DNA of 64,000 bases, taken from NCBI GenBank assembly GCA_963743525.1, contig CAVUQH010000003.1, positions 352,001-416,000 of the forward strand, written 5' to 3'. This stretch comes from an uncultured delta proteobacterium (GTDB taxonomy: Bacteria > Myxococcota_A > Polyangia > Haliangiales > Haliangiaceae). The number at the start of each line of letters is the position of its first letter. Within the stretch, counting starts at the first letter, position 1. A program made the translations under genes and the position numbers. Below the pieces are notes generated by a model that was not told the origin of the DNA, made no database searches, and worked only from the letters and a program-made list of their open reading frames with translations. This document shows, one piece after another, positions 29,553-40,930 of this stretch.

Positions 29553-30667
29553 TCGCCGCCGCCGTCGCTGTCTTCGCCGCCATCGTGGCGCCGGCGAGCG
29601 CGGCCGCTGATCCAATCGTCGTCTTGCCGCCGCCGGGCCTGGTCGTCGCCCGCAGCCACGGCAAACCGGTGGTCAGCTTTCTCGGATCGATCAGTGGCGC
29701 CGGCGTGCTCGGCGCCAGCGACATGGCGGTGTTGCCGGAGTTGGGGAGCCTCGACGAGCACGCGGCGCTGGCGCGGGCGCGCATCGGCGTGGTCGCCGCG
29801 CACGCGGTGCTGCCGGCATCGGCGATCCTGCGCGTCGATCTGGCCGAGGCGACCCGTCTGTCCGACGGCGCGTTCTCCGACGACCCGGCCACCGCCATCG
29901 ATCGCCTGGTCAACGACGCCGCGGTCTGGTGGCGACCGGCGTCGTACGCCAACGCGGTTTTCGGCCGGCAGAAGGTGCCGTTCTCGCGCTTCCGCCAGAT
30001 GGACGCGGACCTCTTGCAGGCCGGCGTGGTGCCGTTCCTGGTCAACCGCGTCGCCCCCGATCGCCGTTGGGGGCTGTCGGCGGTGGGCGACCTCGGCGCG
30101 CTGTCGTACGCCGCCGGGGCGTACGCCGACGTCGACGATCTCGAGCCGCGGGCTGCCGACGACCCGTCAACCAACGGAATCGGAATCCTCGCCGCCCACG
30201 TCGAGTCAACCCCGCGCGCGCCGATGGGTCGCGACTTCCTCGCCACCCCGACCAGCGATCCGTGGTGGGGCACGGCGCGGGTGTCGGCCGGTATCGGCGC
30301 GCTCTACCGGGTGCGCTACGGCAAGGACCGCCTCGACCTGTCGCTGTCAACCCAGCTGGCCTATCAGAACTGGGCGATCGGCGGCGAGCTGTTGGTCGGC
30401 ACCGGTGGCACCTCCACCGGCAACGCCCACCTGGGCGTCACCGGCGAGGGCAGCGTGCTGATCACCAACGAGGTGGCGCTGTTCACCCGCGGCGAGCGCG
30501 ATGCCGAGGCCGGCCGCTGGTCGGCGGGCGGCGGCGCCGCGTTCTTCGTCAGTCGCGACCGGCGCAACAAGGTCACCCTCTACGGCTGGCTGCGCCGGGC
30601 CACCGAGGGCGCCGCCGATCGCACCCGCGGCGACGGTCTCATCCTGCAGCTGCAGGCATCGCTGTAG
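29519..30667 (+). CDS. Putative outer-membrane beta-barrel (porin-like); start uncertain
   Basis: Signal peptide; FGRQKVPFS resembles phosphate-porin families; terminal beta strand LILQLQASL. Confidence 0.55.
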   Translation: MGQGSRAQERVVAAAVAVFAAIVAPASAAADPIVVLPPPGLVVARSHGKPVVSFLGSISGAGVLGASDMAVLPELGSLDEHAALARARIGVVAAHAVLPASAILRVDLAEATRLSDGAFSDDPATAIDRLVNDAAVWWRPASYANAVFGRQKVPFSRFRQMDADLLQAGVVPFLVNRVAPDRRWGLSAVGDLGALSYAAGAYADVDDLEPRAADDPSTNGIGILAAHVESTPRAPMGRDFLATPTSDPWWGTARVSAGIGALYRVRYGKDRLDLSLSTQLAYQNWAIGGELLVGTGGTSTGNAHLGVTGEGSVLITNEVALFTRGERDAEAGRWSAGGGAAFFVSRDRRNKVTLYGWLRRATEGAADRTRGDGLILQLQASL

Positions 30668-30673
30668 CGCGGC

Positions 30674-31564
30674 TCAGGCGCCCGGTCGCCGCGGCGTCCA
30701 CGGGCAGCGCAGGTGCCAGCGCCACTTGCGGCCCTTGCCGCGGCTGGGCGCCTGGTCGTTGCGGCAGCGGCCGGCGTCGTGGTCGTCGGCGCCGCACTCG
30801 ACGCGCACGTGCATGTGGTCGTCGTGCGCCTGCACGTGGCGGGGAACCGCGAGGGTGTGCCGCGCCAGGTGGATCAGCTCGGGCGACTCGCCGGTCTTCT
30901 CGGCGTAGCGGATCAGCCACTCCTTGATCCGCCGCGACACGAAGATCGCTTGCACGGTGGCGACGTCGTCGGTGAGCAGCGCGCGGACCAGCGCCCAGTT
31001 GCGCGCCAGGTCGAAGTAGCGCACCGGGATCCGCTTCTGCCAGGTCGGCGCCCGCGAGTAGTAGGCCTTGCCGTGGCGGGTGTAGACCGGCATCACGTTG
31101 TCCGGCGCGAAGTAGGCGCCGTTCTCGTCGAGGGCGTAGTAGAGCAGGTCGGCGTCGCGGCCCGACTGGTGCGAGCGGTGGCCGGCGGCGGCGCCGCCGT
31201 GCTCCTTGGCCAGGTCGGCGACGCCCAGCAGCGAGCCGGGGTACTGCGCGGCGACCGTGCGCGCGGCGCGCTGGATGGCGCCGACCAGCTCGTCGGTGCC
31301 GTAGCGGACGCCGCGCCTCGACCAGGTCTCGGGCGTCACCCAGCCGAAGCCGCGGTCGGGGATGCGCGCGCCGTGGTACAGGGCGCCGCGGTTGGCCGAG
31401 CCGCAGGAGATGCTGCCCTCCGGTACCGCCGGCTCGTCGTCGGCGGGAGCGGGAGCGGAAGCCGCGGTCGGCGTGGCCGCGGCCTTCGCGTCGGTGTGCT
31501 CGTCAGCGCGCGCGCCGCTCGCCATGAAGGCGATGGCTACAGCTGTGACCGCAACACCCCGCAC
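30674..31564 (-). CDS. Penicillin-insensitive murein endopeptidase (MepA-like)
   Basis: Signal peptide; YGTDELV, HRSHQSGRDAD and HDDHMHVR zinc motifs. Confidence 0.88.
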   Translation of the reverse strand: MRGVAVTAVAIAFMASGARADEHTDAKAAATPTAASAPAPADDEPAVPEGSISCGSANRGALYHGARIPDRGFGWVTPETWSRRGVRYGTDELVGAIQRAARTVAAQYPGSLLGVADLAKEHGGAAAGHRSHQSGRDADLLYYALDENGAYFAPDNVMPVYTRHGKAYYSRAPTWQKRIPVRYFDLARNWALVRALLTDDVATVQAIFVSRRIKEWLIRYAEKTGESPELIHLARHTLAVPRHVQAHDDHMHVRVECGADDHDAGRCRNDQAPSRGKGRKWRWHLRCPWTPRRPGA

Positions 31565-31645
31565 GCAGCGATGGTACCGCCAAGCCGCGCGCAGGGGCCA
31601 GAACTTGTCATCGGCAGTCAGCGCGCCGACATGTCGCAGCTTCGG

Positions 31646-32809
<1,164 letters not shown>

Positions 32810-32811
32810 GA

Positions 32812-33306
32812 CTACGCCTTGGCCCCGAGCTCGAAGCTGTCCGGATCCGACGCCAGGATGCGATCGACCGCCGCCTCTTCCAGGAGGTCGCGCATCGTCT
32901 GCCCGCCGTACTTGCGGACGATCTTGTCGTCGTACTCGTCGGCGATGAGTGCCACGTCCGACACCGTCGCCACCAGCTCGGCAGAGTCGAGGGTGGGGCC
33001 GCCGAGGATCGAGTGGATGAACAGCACCAGCGGGCCGACCGGGTCGTAGGCGAAGGCGCCGAAGCGAAGGTGGGCGTTGAGCTGCATCAGCTCGATCGCC
33101 AGGTCGGGGTTCATCTCGAGCCCCTTCACCAGCTGGGCCACGCAGCGGACCATCGCCCGGTCTTCGTCGAGCGGAACGATGTTGATCATCACGTAGGCCG
33201 AGCCCTGCTTGACCACGTACAGGCGGTCGTCGACCTTGCGGAAGGCCGGGCTGTCGGACAGCGTCTTCTCGATCACCAGCGCGGTGGCCACTTCGGCGGG
33301 GTTCAT
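32812..33306 (-). CDS. YbjN / type III chaperone-fold protein
   Basis: LMQLNAHLRFGAF and VALIADEYDD...YGG patterns. Confidence 0.7.
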   Translation of the reverse strand: MNPAEVATALVIEKTLSDSPAFRKVDDRLYVVKQGSAYVMINIVPLDEDRAMVRCVAQLVKGLEMNPDLAIELMQLNAHLRFGAFAYDPVGPLVLFIHSILGGPTLDSAELVATVSDVALIADEYDDKIVRKYGGQTMRDLLEEAAVDRILASDPDSFELGAKA

Positions 33307-33377
33307 GGCCGCTGAATAGCACAGATTCGGGGCCGGCTGTTGCCGCGGATCGGCCTCGTCGGCCATCCTAGGACGCA

Positions 33378-34592
33378 GTGCGTCGCGTCCTCGTCATAGC
33401 GCTGCTGGCCTCGGCGTGCGATTCGGCCGGCGGCCTCGACTACAGCGGGACGCCGGGCCAGGAGGTCCCCGTGACCATCGCCAACTCGGTGCCGGTGATC
33501 GACGCCAGCGCCGATGGCGCTCCCGGTCGCTTCCTGGTCGACTCCGGATCCCCGGCCTCCATCCTCGACCTGACCGGCGGCCAGCCGGGCACCCGGCGGG
33601 TGGTGCTGGACGCCTTCGCCCTGAGCTTTGCCGACGTGCCGGTCGCTGTCTTCGACCTGTTCGCCGGCGCCGAGGAGGCGGTCAACGGTCTGGTCGGCGG
33701 CGACGTCATCTCCGGCTTCGACCTGACCATCGACTACCGCAACCAGCGCGGCTGGCTGGCCGACGACGACGCGCTGCCGGCCGGCGTCGATCCCGCGACC
33801 ATCGACGACCCGGTGTGGACCGGGGCCCAGCTGCGCGGCGGCGGGCGCCTCGACGTCCCCGGCTGCACCACCGGTGACTGCTCGGTGCACGTCGGCGCCA
33901 CGCGGCTGTTGGTCGAGGTGTCGCTCGAGTCGGCGCCGCCGGCGTGGTTCCTGGTCGACACCGGCGCCACCGCGGTGGTGCTGGCGCCCGATGTCGCCGA
34001 CGCCCTGGGCGATCCGGCGCGCCCGCGCCTCGACGGCGTCACCGTGACCACCGCCGACGGCCCTGCGACTGCGTACTACACGCGGGTCGCAGAGATGTCG
34101 CTGGCCGATGGCGCCGCCGTCGCCACCGACGTGCCGGTGCTGGTGCTGCCGGCGTCGCTGCTGGCGCCGCTCGAGGACGAGGTCGGCCATCCCATCGCCG
34201 GCCTGCTCGGCGGATCGTTCCTGCGCCAGTTCCTGATCACCCTCGACGACCCCGGGCACCGCCTGCGCCTTGCCCGTTTCCGCGACCAGGATCACATCGA
34301 TGCGGACGAGTTCGTCGGGGTCGGGTTCACCATGGCCAGCCAGGGCGGGGTGTGGGAAGTTCGAGATGTGTACTCGGGGACTGACGCGGCGGCCGAAGGA
34401 CTGGTCCGCGGCGAGCCCGTGGTCTCGCTCGACGGCGTCACCATCGGCGGAGCCGACCGCGCCACCGTCAACGGCATCCTCGCCGGCTTCGCGCTCGGCG
34501 ACGACGTGCCGGTCGGCGTGGTCCGCGCCGGCACCGACGTGACCGTGCAAGTCGCGGTGGAAGATCTCCTGCCCCACTACATCAATCCATGA
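33378..34592 (+). CDS. Lipoprotein aspartyl protease (two retropepsin-like domains plus PDZ)
   Basis: Lipobox LASAC; FLVDSG...GLVGGD and FLVDTGA...GLLGGSFL; C-terminal PDZ. Confidence 0.82.
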   Translation: MRRVLVIALLASACDSAGGLDYSGTPGQEVPVTIANSVPVIDASADGAPGRFLVDSGSPASILDLTGGQPGTRRVVLDAFALSFADVPVAVFDLFAGAEEAVNGLVGGDVISGFDLTIDYRNQRGWLADDDALPAGVDPATIDDPVWTGAQLRGGGRLDVPGCTTGDCSVHVGATRLLVEVSLESAPPAWFLVDTGATAVVLAPDVADALGDPARPRLDGVTVTTADGPATAYYTRVAEMSLADGAAVATDVPVLVLPASLLAPLEDEVGHPIAGLLGGSFLRQFLITLDDPGHRLRLARFRDQDHIDADEFVGVGFTMASQGGVWEVRDVYSGTDAAAEGLVRGEPVVSLDGVTIGGADRATVNGILAGFALGDDVPVGVVRAGTDVTVQVAVEDLLPHYINP

Positions 34593-35974
34593 AACGCGCA
34601 CAGCTCTGCATAACCTTCGCAGTCGCCCTGGCCGCGTGGCTAGCTCCGTCGGTCGCGCGCGCCGAGCGGATCAAAGAGATCGACGTCGTCGACAACACCA
34701 AGACCACCGACGACACGGTGATCCTCATCGCCGGCATCGAGGTCGGCGACGCCTGGAACGTCGAGATGGTGCCGCAGGTCGAGGCCGACCTGGTCAACAG
34801 CGGCCTGTTCAAGGAGGTCAACGTCTTCACCCAGCCGGTCGAGGGCGGGGTACGCGTGACCATCCGCGCCGTCGACAAGCACTCGTGGATCATCGCGCCG
34901 ACCGTCTACAACCAGCCGACCAACAAGGGCGGCGGCATCGGTTTCGGCGAGAACAACCTGTTCGGCGAGGACAAGAAGCTGCTGCTGTACGGGCAGATCG
35001 CCACCGGTGACAGTTTCTTCATCGGCGCGTACGTCGATCCGTCGATCGCCGGCACCCGCTGGCACTGGCAGTTCGACACCTTCCTCCGCCACGAGCGGGT
35101 GTTCGAGTACGAGCCGCCGGAGAAGTTCATCTTCGACCCCAAGAAGGTCCGCCGCTCGGTGGAGACCTACCTCAACAACGGCACGTCGATCGGCCTGCGG
35201 CTGTGGCGCGGCGCCAGCCTGGATTTGCGCTTGCGCGGCGCCTACGTCTACTTCGACAAGACCAGGCTGGTCAACGGCGCCTGCCTCGAGGACGTGCTCG
35301 GCGATCCGACGAACAGCGGCGCCTGCACGCCGCCGGGCGACACGCCGATCCCCGAGCCGGGGGGCGAGGGCTGGGATATCTCCAGCGAGGTCAAGCTGAC
35401 CTTCGACAACACCGCCAACTGGTACGGCATCTTCTCGGGCAACAAATACGTGCTCGCGTTCGAGCGCTCGCTGCCCGATATCGGATCGGAGTTCGACTAC
35501 TGGCTGGCGTCGGCCAAGTACGTGCGCGCGCGCAAATACTTCTCGCGGCACAACCTGATCATGAAGGCCGAGTCCGACTACGGTCAGGGGTTGCCGTTCC
35601 AGCAGGAGTTCACCTCGGGCGGACCGGATCAGCGCGGCCTCAAGAACCGCCAGCTGCGCGGCAACCTGCGCCTGACCGGTACGCTCGAATACTCGATTCC
35701 CGTCTTCACCATCAAAGGCTTCGCCTTCCGCGGCCTCGCCTTCTACGACACCAGCTACACCACCTTCTTCCACGCCGATCCGGCGCGCGCCCAGCGCAAC
35801 TATCTGTCGGGCTATGCCAACCACGGATTGTCGCCGTGGAAGAACACCGTCGGTGGTGGCGTCAGGCTCTATGTCCGGCAGATCGTGCTGCCACTCCTGG
35901 GCCTCGACTTCGGGTATGGTCTCGAGCGTGGACAGCTCGAGATCTACTTCGCGATCGGCCTCACTGCTTTCTAG
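34589..35974 (+). CDS. Omp85/BamA-TamA family outer-membrane protein with a single POTRA domain
   Basis: Signal peptide; LVNSGLFKEV POTRA; GENNLFG, QRG, LGLDFGYG; terminal Phe. Confidence 0.82.
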   Translation: MKRAQLCITFAVALAAWLAPSVARAERIKEIDVVDNTKTTDDTVILIAGIEVGDAWNVEMVPQVEADLVNSGLFKEVNVFTQPVEGGVRVTIRAVDKHSWIIAPTVYNQPTNKGGGIGFGENNLFGEDKKLLLYGQIATGDSFFIGAYVDPSIAGTRWHWQFDTFLRHERVFEYEPPEKFIFDPKKVRRSVETYLNNGTSIGLRLWRGASLDLRLRGAYVYFDKTRLVNGACLEDVLGDPTNSGACTPPGDTPIPEPGGEGWDISSEVKLTFDNTANWYGIFSGNKYVLAFERSLPDIGSEFDYWLASAKYVRARKYFSRHNLIMKAESDYGQGLPFQQEFTSGGPDQRGLKNRQLRGNLRLTGTLEYSIPVFTIKGFAFRGLAFYDTSYTTFFHADPARAQRNYLSGYANHGLSPWKNTVGGGVRLYVRQIVLPLLGLDFGYGLERGQLEIYFAIGLTAF

Positions 35975-37631
35975 TGCGGTCCTGATGCTGGCGGCCAGCT
36001 GCGGTTCGTCGCAGCCGTCACCGGCGACGCCCGCGGCCCCGCGCGCCGAGCTGGTGCTGGTCGGCGGCCACGTGATCACGGGCGATCCGGATCATCCCGA
36101 CGCCACCGCGATCGCGGTCCGCGGCGACCGCATCGTCTACGTCGGTGACGACGCCGGCGCCCGGGCGATGGCCGGCAGCACCACCCGCGTGGTCAACCTC
36201 CACGGTCGCGGCGTCACCGCCGGCCTGGTCGACACCCACGCTCACCTGTACGGGTTGGGCGCGGCGCGCGAGATGCTCGACCTCAACGACCAGGACAGCC
36301 CCGATCTGGCGGTGGCGATGGTCGCCAAGGCGGTCGCCGGTCGCGCCGCCGGCGAGTGGATCACCGGCCGCGGCTGGGATCAGAACCGCTGGGCCGACAA
36401 GCATTTCCCGCACCACCAGCTGCTCGACGCGGTGGCGCCCGAGCTCCCGGTGTCGCTGCGCCGGGTCGACGGCCACGCGCTGTGGGCCAACGCCGCGGCG
36501 ATGCGCGAGGCCGGCGTGACCGCGGAGACCGCCGATCCGCCGGGCGGTCGCATCGTCCGCGACGCCGACGGTCAGCCGACCGGGGTCTTCGTCGACAACG
36601 CCATGGAGCTGATCGAAGACCACATCCCGGCGCCGGCGCCCGACGTCATCGAGCGGCGCATCCGCGCCGCCGCCGCCGAAGCCATCGCCAACGGCCTGAC
36701 CGGGGTCGACGAGATGGGCATCGGTGAGGAGACCATCGCCGCCTACCGCCGGCTGGCCGCGGCCGGCCAGCTGCCGCTGCGGGTCTACGCCTTCGTCGCC
36801 GGCGGGCCCGAGACCGCGGCGACCATCGCCCGGCACGCGCCGCCCGAGCTGCACCCGGCGGCGGACGCGATGTTCGTCCTGCGCGGGGTCAAGCTGTACG
36901 CCGACGGCGCCCTCGGCTCGCGCGGCGCGGCGCTGCTGGCGCCGTACAGCGACGCCCCCGAGCTGACCGGCAACTGGGTGCTCAGCCCCGAGCAGCTGCG
37001 CGCCGCCACCGCCGCGTCGGTGAAGGCCGGCTGGCAGGTGGCCACTCACGCCATCGGCGACGCCGCCAACCGCGCGGTGCTCGATGCCTACGAGGCGTCG
37101 GGCGCCGGGGCCGAGGCCCGCCTGCGGGTCGAGCACGCCCAGGTGCTGGCGCCGGCGGACATCCCCAGGTTCGCCCAGCTCGGCGTCATCGCCTCGATGC
37201 AGCCGACCCACGCCACCAGCGACATGCCGTGGGCCGAGGCCCGGCTGGGGCCGGAGCGGATCCGCGGCGCCTACGCCTGGCGGTCGATCCTCGCCACCGG
37301 CGCCCACCTGGCCGCCGGCTCCGACTTCCCGGTGGAGAAGGTGTCACCGATTCTGGGCCTCTACGCGGCCACCACCCGCCAGGATGCCCAGGGCAAGCCG
37401 CCGGGGGGCTGGTATCCGGACCAGCGTCTGACCCTGGCCGAGGCCGTAGCCGCGTTCACCAGCGAGGCCGCATACGCCTCGTTTGGCGAAGATCGGCGGG
37501 GAATCGTTCGCACCGGCTTCCAGGCCGACCTGACGGTGTACGATCGGGAGCTGTCCAGCGGGGCGCCGCTTCTGGACACCCGGGTAGACATGACCATCGT
37601 CGGCGGTCGAGTAGTATACGAGCGCAAGTGA
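35928..37631 (+). CDS. Amidohydrolase 3 (YtcJ-like) lipoprotein; alternative start 35985
   Basis: DTHAH, GWDQN, KLYADGALGSRGA, HAIGD, RVEHAQ, GSDFPVE; lipobox LAASC. Confidence 0.9.
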   Translation: MDSSRSTSRSASLLSSAVLMLAASCGSSQPSPATPAAPRAELVLVGGHVITGDPDHPDATAIAVRGDRIVYVGDDAGARAMAGSTTRVVNLHGRGVTAGLVDTHAHLYGLGAAREMLDLNDQDSPDLAVAMVAKAVAGRAAGEWITGRGWDQNRWADKHFPHHQLLDAVAPELPVSLRRVDGHALWANAAAMREAGVTAETADPPGGRIVRDADGQPTGVFVDNAMELIEDHIPAPAPDVIERRIRAAAAEAIANGLTGVDEMGIGEETIAAYRRLAAAGQLPLRVYAFVAGGPETAATIARHAPPELHPAADAMFVLRGVKLYADGALGSRGAALLAPYSDAPELTGNWVLSPEQLRAATAASVKAGWQVATHAIGDAANRAVLDAYEASGAGAEARLRVEHAQVLAPADIPRFAQLGVIASMQPTHATSDMPWAEARLGPERIRGAYAWRSILATGAHLAAGSDFPVEKVSPILGLYAATTRQDAQGKPPGGWYPDQRLTLAEAVAAFTSEAAYASFGEDRRGIVRTGFQADLTVYDRELSSGAPLLDTRVDMTIVGGRVVYERK

Positions 37632-37633
37632 GC

Positions 37634-39556
37634 ATGCGCTTTTGTCCGTTTTGCAGCGCGGAGAACGCCGCGGTCGCGACCCATTGCGGGACGTGCGCCC
37701 GGCGGCTGCCGCCGCTGCCGCCCAGGCGGCGGACCAGCTCGGGCGACGACTCGGGCGACGGGCGCGCGCGCACCGGCGCCGCTGACGACGGCGGCGACGA
37801 TCTGGCGCGAGTCGCGCCCGGCCCGGCGTCGCGGCGGCGGACCCGCGAGCCCGAGGTTCGCGCCGACGGCGAGCCGTCGCGGCGGAAGACCGACCTGCCG
37901 GAGCCGTCGCGCGGACTGCGCGGGCCGCTCGAGGACGACGTCGGCCGGGCGCCGCCGTCGCCATCGCGTCACGAGCGCGACCGCGCCGCGACCGCGCGGG
38001 CGTCGCGCGACCTGTCGGTGAGCGGGGCGGATCGGGCGGCGTCGCCGGCGGCACCGCCGATTCCCAAGCCGCCGGCGCGGGCGGTCACGCCGTCGGCACC
38101 GCGGGCGCTGACGCCGTCGGTGCGGGCGCCGTCGCCAGCCGCGCGCCCGGCGCGGACGCCGGCCGGAACCGTCGCCGACGAGGCCCAGACGGTGGTCACC
38201 CAGGCGGCGCCCGAGCCGGAGCGGCTGCGGACGCCGGAGCCGGTGGCAGCGCCGCCGCGCAGCGCCGCCGCGGCGCCTGTCGCTGACGCCGACGAGCCGG
38301 GCGAAGATCATCACGAGTGGCCCGATCACCGGCCCCGTGAGATCGATCCGGACGACTGGTCCGAGGAGGCGCAGCACGCGCTGGCCGACGTGCCGCGGGC
38401 GGCAACACCGCCGCCGCCGACCCCGCCGCCGCGGGCCGATTCCAGCCGCTACACCCCGGCGCGCCAGGAGTCGCCGCCGCCGACGCGGGTCGGTCGCCTG
38501 CCCGGTGACGCGTTCAAGCCGCCGTCGGTCAATCCGATTCCCGAGGTGCCCGAGAGCGGGCTGCTCAACGCCGCCGCCTACGCGCTGTCGTTCGCCAAGG
38601 CGCGCTGGCAGCGCCGCGCCATCATCCGCTCGCTGAGCACCGAGATCCAGGATGAGACCACCGAGCTCGACACCGTCCTCGGCCTCCTGGGCAAAGAGGC
38701 ACGGGCGCTGCACATCGACAACCGGGTGCTGGCCGCCGAGAACAAGGCCATCGACGAGGCCGAGGAACGCCGGGTTCGCTTCGACCACGAGTGTGCCGAG
38801 CTCAACACCAAGGCGGCCGAGGAGAACAGCCGCTTCGGCGACCTCGAGAGCGAGCGCCAGGCCAAGGTCGACGAGGCAGAGAACGAGCTGGACAAGGCGC
38901 AGCGCGAGCTCGGCGGTCTGGAGGCGCAGCGCCGCAGCCTGCGCGAAAACCGCAAGGCGGTCGAGCGGCGCCAGCGCGGGCTGCTCAAGGCCGCCGACGA
39001 GCGCGACGAGCAGGCCGCCAAGGCCTCGATGGGCGACACCCGCGGCGGTCTGCGGCGGGCTGCCGAGGAGTTGCGCCGGGACGCCGCTGCGCTGGATCCC
39101 GAGCGCCAGGACCTGGATCGGCGGTTGAGCGCGCTGGAGAAGCCGATTTCCAAGTCGGCGGCAGCGGTCGAGTCGCTCAAGGCCGAGCACGACTCCGCCC
39201 GGCGCAGTCTCAACGACGCCCGCGAAGGCCACCGCCACCGGCTGGCCGAGCTGGAGGCCGAGCAGGGGCGCAAGAGTCGCGAGCTGTCCCAGGCCGAAGC
39301 CGAGATCCAGCGCCGCCTGGTGACCCTGGGCACGCTGGTCAACCTACATCGGATCGAGAGCCCAGAGTTCGATGACATGTATGCGCGCATCGACGGCCTG
39401 CGCGCCGCCATTGGCGCCCGCTCCACCGAAATCGATCGCCTGACCGCCGAGCGCGAGGCCTACGACAAGGCCTCGTTGGTCCGCGGGTTCCTGGTCATCG
39501 GTGGCGGGGTGGTCGTGCTGATCACCCTGATCGTCATCTTGCTGTCGGTGTGGTGA
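37634..39556 (+). CDS. Zinc ribbon / disordered / coiled-coil protein with a C-terminal TM anchor
   Basis: CPFC..CGTC, Pro-rich linker, long heptad region, hydrophobic C-terminus. Confidence 0.75.
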   Translation: MRFCPFCSAENAAVATHCGTCARRLPPLPPRRRTSSGDDSGDGRARTGAADDGGDDLARVAPGPASRRRTREPEVRADGEPSRRKTDLPEPSRGLRGPLEDDVGRAPPSPSRHERDRAATARASRDLSVSGADRAASPAAPPIPKPPARAVTPSAPRALTPSVRAPSPAARPARTPAGTVADEAQTVVTQAAPEPERLRTPEPVAAPPRSAAAAPVADADEPGEDHHEWPDHRPREIDPDDWSEEAQHALADVPRAATPPPPTPPPRADSSRYTPARQESPPPTRVGRLPGDAFKPPSVNPIPEVPESGLLNAAAYALSFAKARWQRRAIIRSLSTEIQDETTELDTVLGLLGKEARALHIDNRVLAAENKAIDEAEERRVRFDHECAELNTKAAEENSRFGDLESERQAKVDEAENELDKAQRELGGLEAQRRSLRENRKAVERRQRGLLKAADERDEQAAKASMGDTRGGLRRAAEELRRDAAALDPERQDLDRRLSALEKPISKSAAAVESLKAEHDSARRSLNDAREGHRHRLAELEAEQGRKSRELSQAEAEIQRRLVTLGTLVNLHRIESPEFDDMYARIDGLRAAIGARSTEIDRLTAEREAYDKASLVRGFLVIGGGVVVLITLIVILLSVW

Positions 39557-39595
39557 CCGCTGGTCCGCGTGGTTTTCTGATACTCTAGGGTCAGC

Positions 39596-40726
39596 TTGCC
39601 GAAAGTCCTGGTCTCGAATAACAGCGAGCTTCTGCGGCACCTGACCACCAGCCCGTTTCGCCGGCTGGATCTCGACCTGGTAGTGGCTGCGAGCGGCGAC
39701 GAAGCGCTCGCAATGGTTGACAAGGAGGCTCCCTCGCTGGCGATCCTCGACGCCGAGATGCCGTCGGTGTCCGGCTATGAGGTCGCGTCGCGCATCAAGG
39801 GGCAGGGCGGCTGCAAGGTCGTCCTGGTCATGGGCAAGCGGATCAACGCCGACCAGATGCGCCGGGTCGCCGAGTGCAAGTGCGACGAAGTGCTGATCGC
39901 GCCGATGACGCCGGACGAGCTGTACGACGTGGTCGCGATCCAGCTGGGCCTGCCCCGGCGCGGCTCCGAGCGGTTCACCATCGCCATGGCGCTGATCGGC
40001 GACGACGGCGTGCACAAGGTCGACGGTCGGGTGACCAACCTGTCGGTCAACGGCGCGCGCATGGTGTTGCCGGCCCAGGTCGGCGAAGACACGCTGATCC
40101 GCGTGACGGTGAAGCCGGAGGAGGCCGACGCCGAAGAGCTGGCCCTGACCGGCCGGGTGATCTGGGCCCAACCGCGCGGCGAAGAGACGATCGTCGGCTG
40201 CTCGTTCGAGAACATCGACGACCTGGCGCGGGCGCGGCTGGCGCGCCTGGTGCAATGGGAGATCGTCGAGGACACCGAGCGGCTGCGCGTGGTCATCAAG
40301 GGCGACATCACCGAGGCGACCAACTTCCGCGACCTGTTGCCGGTGATGGTCGGCCGGGTCGACTTCGATCTGTCGCAGGTGACGTACATGAACTCGCTGG
40401 GCGTGCGGGCGTGGGTCGAGTTCTTGCGCGCGGCACCGATCCAGGGCTACGAGTTCCACGCCTGCTCGGTGCCGTTTTGCTTGCAGGCGGCGCTGTCGAA
40501 CTCGGTGGTCGGGCGCGGGACGGTGACGTCGTTCTTCGCGCCGTATATCTGCAGCAAGTGCGAGCACGAGGAAGAGCGGCTGTTGCAGTCGGCGGCGGTG
40601 CTGGCTGCGGATGGTGGAGCTCCGCCGGTGTTTACGTGCGTGAGCTGTGGTGGGGATTTGGAGCTGGACGATTTGCCGCAGCGGTACCTGGCGTTTCTGT
40701 ACCGCGACACGCCGGACGAGGAGTAG
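39596..40726 (+). CDS. REC-PilZ-STAS-like fusion with a C-terminal CxxC..CxxC
   Basis: AILDAEMP..SGYEV; RRGSERF and NLSVNG; FDLSQVTYMNSLGVRAW; CSKC..CVSC. Confidence 0.78.
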   Translation: MPKVLVSNNSELLRHLTTSPFRRLDLDLVVAASGDEALAMVDKEAPSLAILDAEMPSVSGYEVASRIKGQGGCKVVLVMGKRINADQMRRVAECKCDEVLIAPMTPDELYDVVAIQLGLPRRGSERFTIAMALIGDDGVHKVDGRVTNLSVNGARMVLPAQVGEDTLIRVTVKPEEADAEELALTGRVIWAQPRGEETIVGCSFENIDDLARARLARLVQWEIVEDTERLRVVIKGDITEATNFRDLLPVMVGRVDFDLSQVTYMNSLGVRAWVEFLRAAPIQGYEFHACSVPFCLQAALSNSVVGRGTVTSFFAPYICSKCEHEEERLLQSAAVLAADGGAPPVFTCVSCGGDLELDDLPQRYLAFLYRDTPDEE

Positions 40727-40740
40727 TGGGATTGGTCCCT

Positions 40741-40907
40741 GGGGATGGGGATGGGGATGGGGATGGGGATGGGGATGGTGACGGGGATGGTGATGGGGAT
40801 GGGGATGGGGATGGGGATGGGGATGGGGATGGGGATGGGGATGGTGATGGGGGGACGGGGATGGGGATGGGGATGGTGACGGTGACGGGGATGGTGACGG
40901 GGATGGG
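40741..40907 (+). repeat. Intergenic hexamer tract (GGGGAT/GGTGAC)n
   Basis: Read directly; many GGGG runs on the + strand. Confidence 0.95.
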
Positions 40908-40930
40908 CTTGTGCTCGTGAGTTTCGAATC

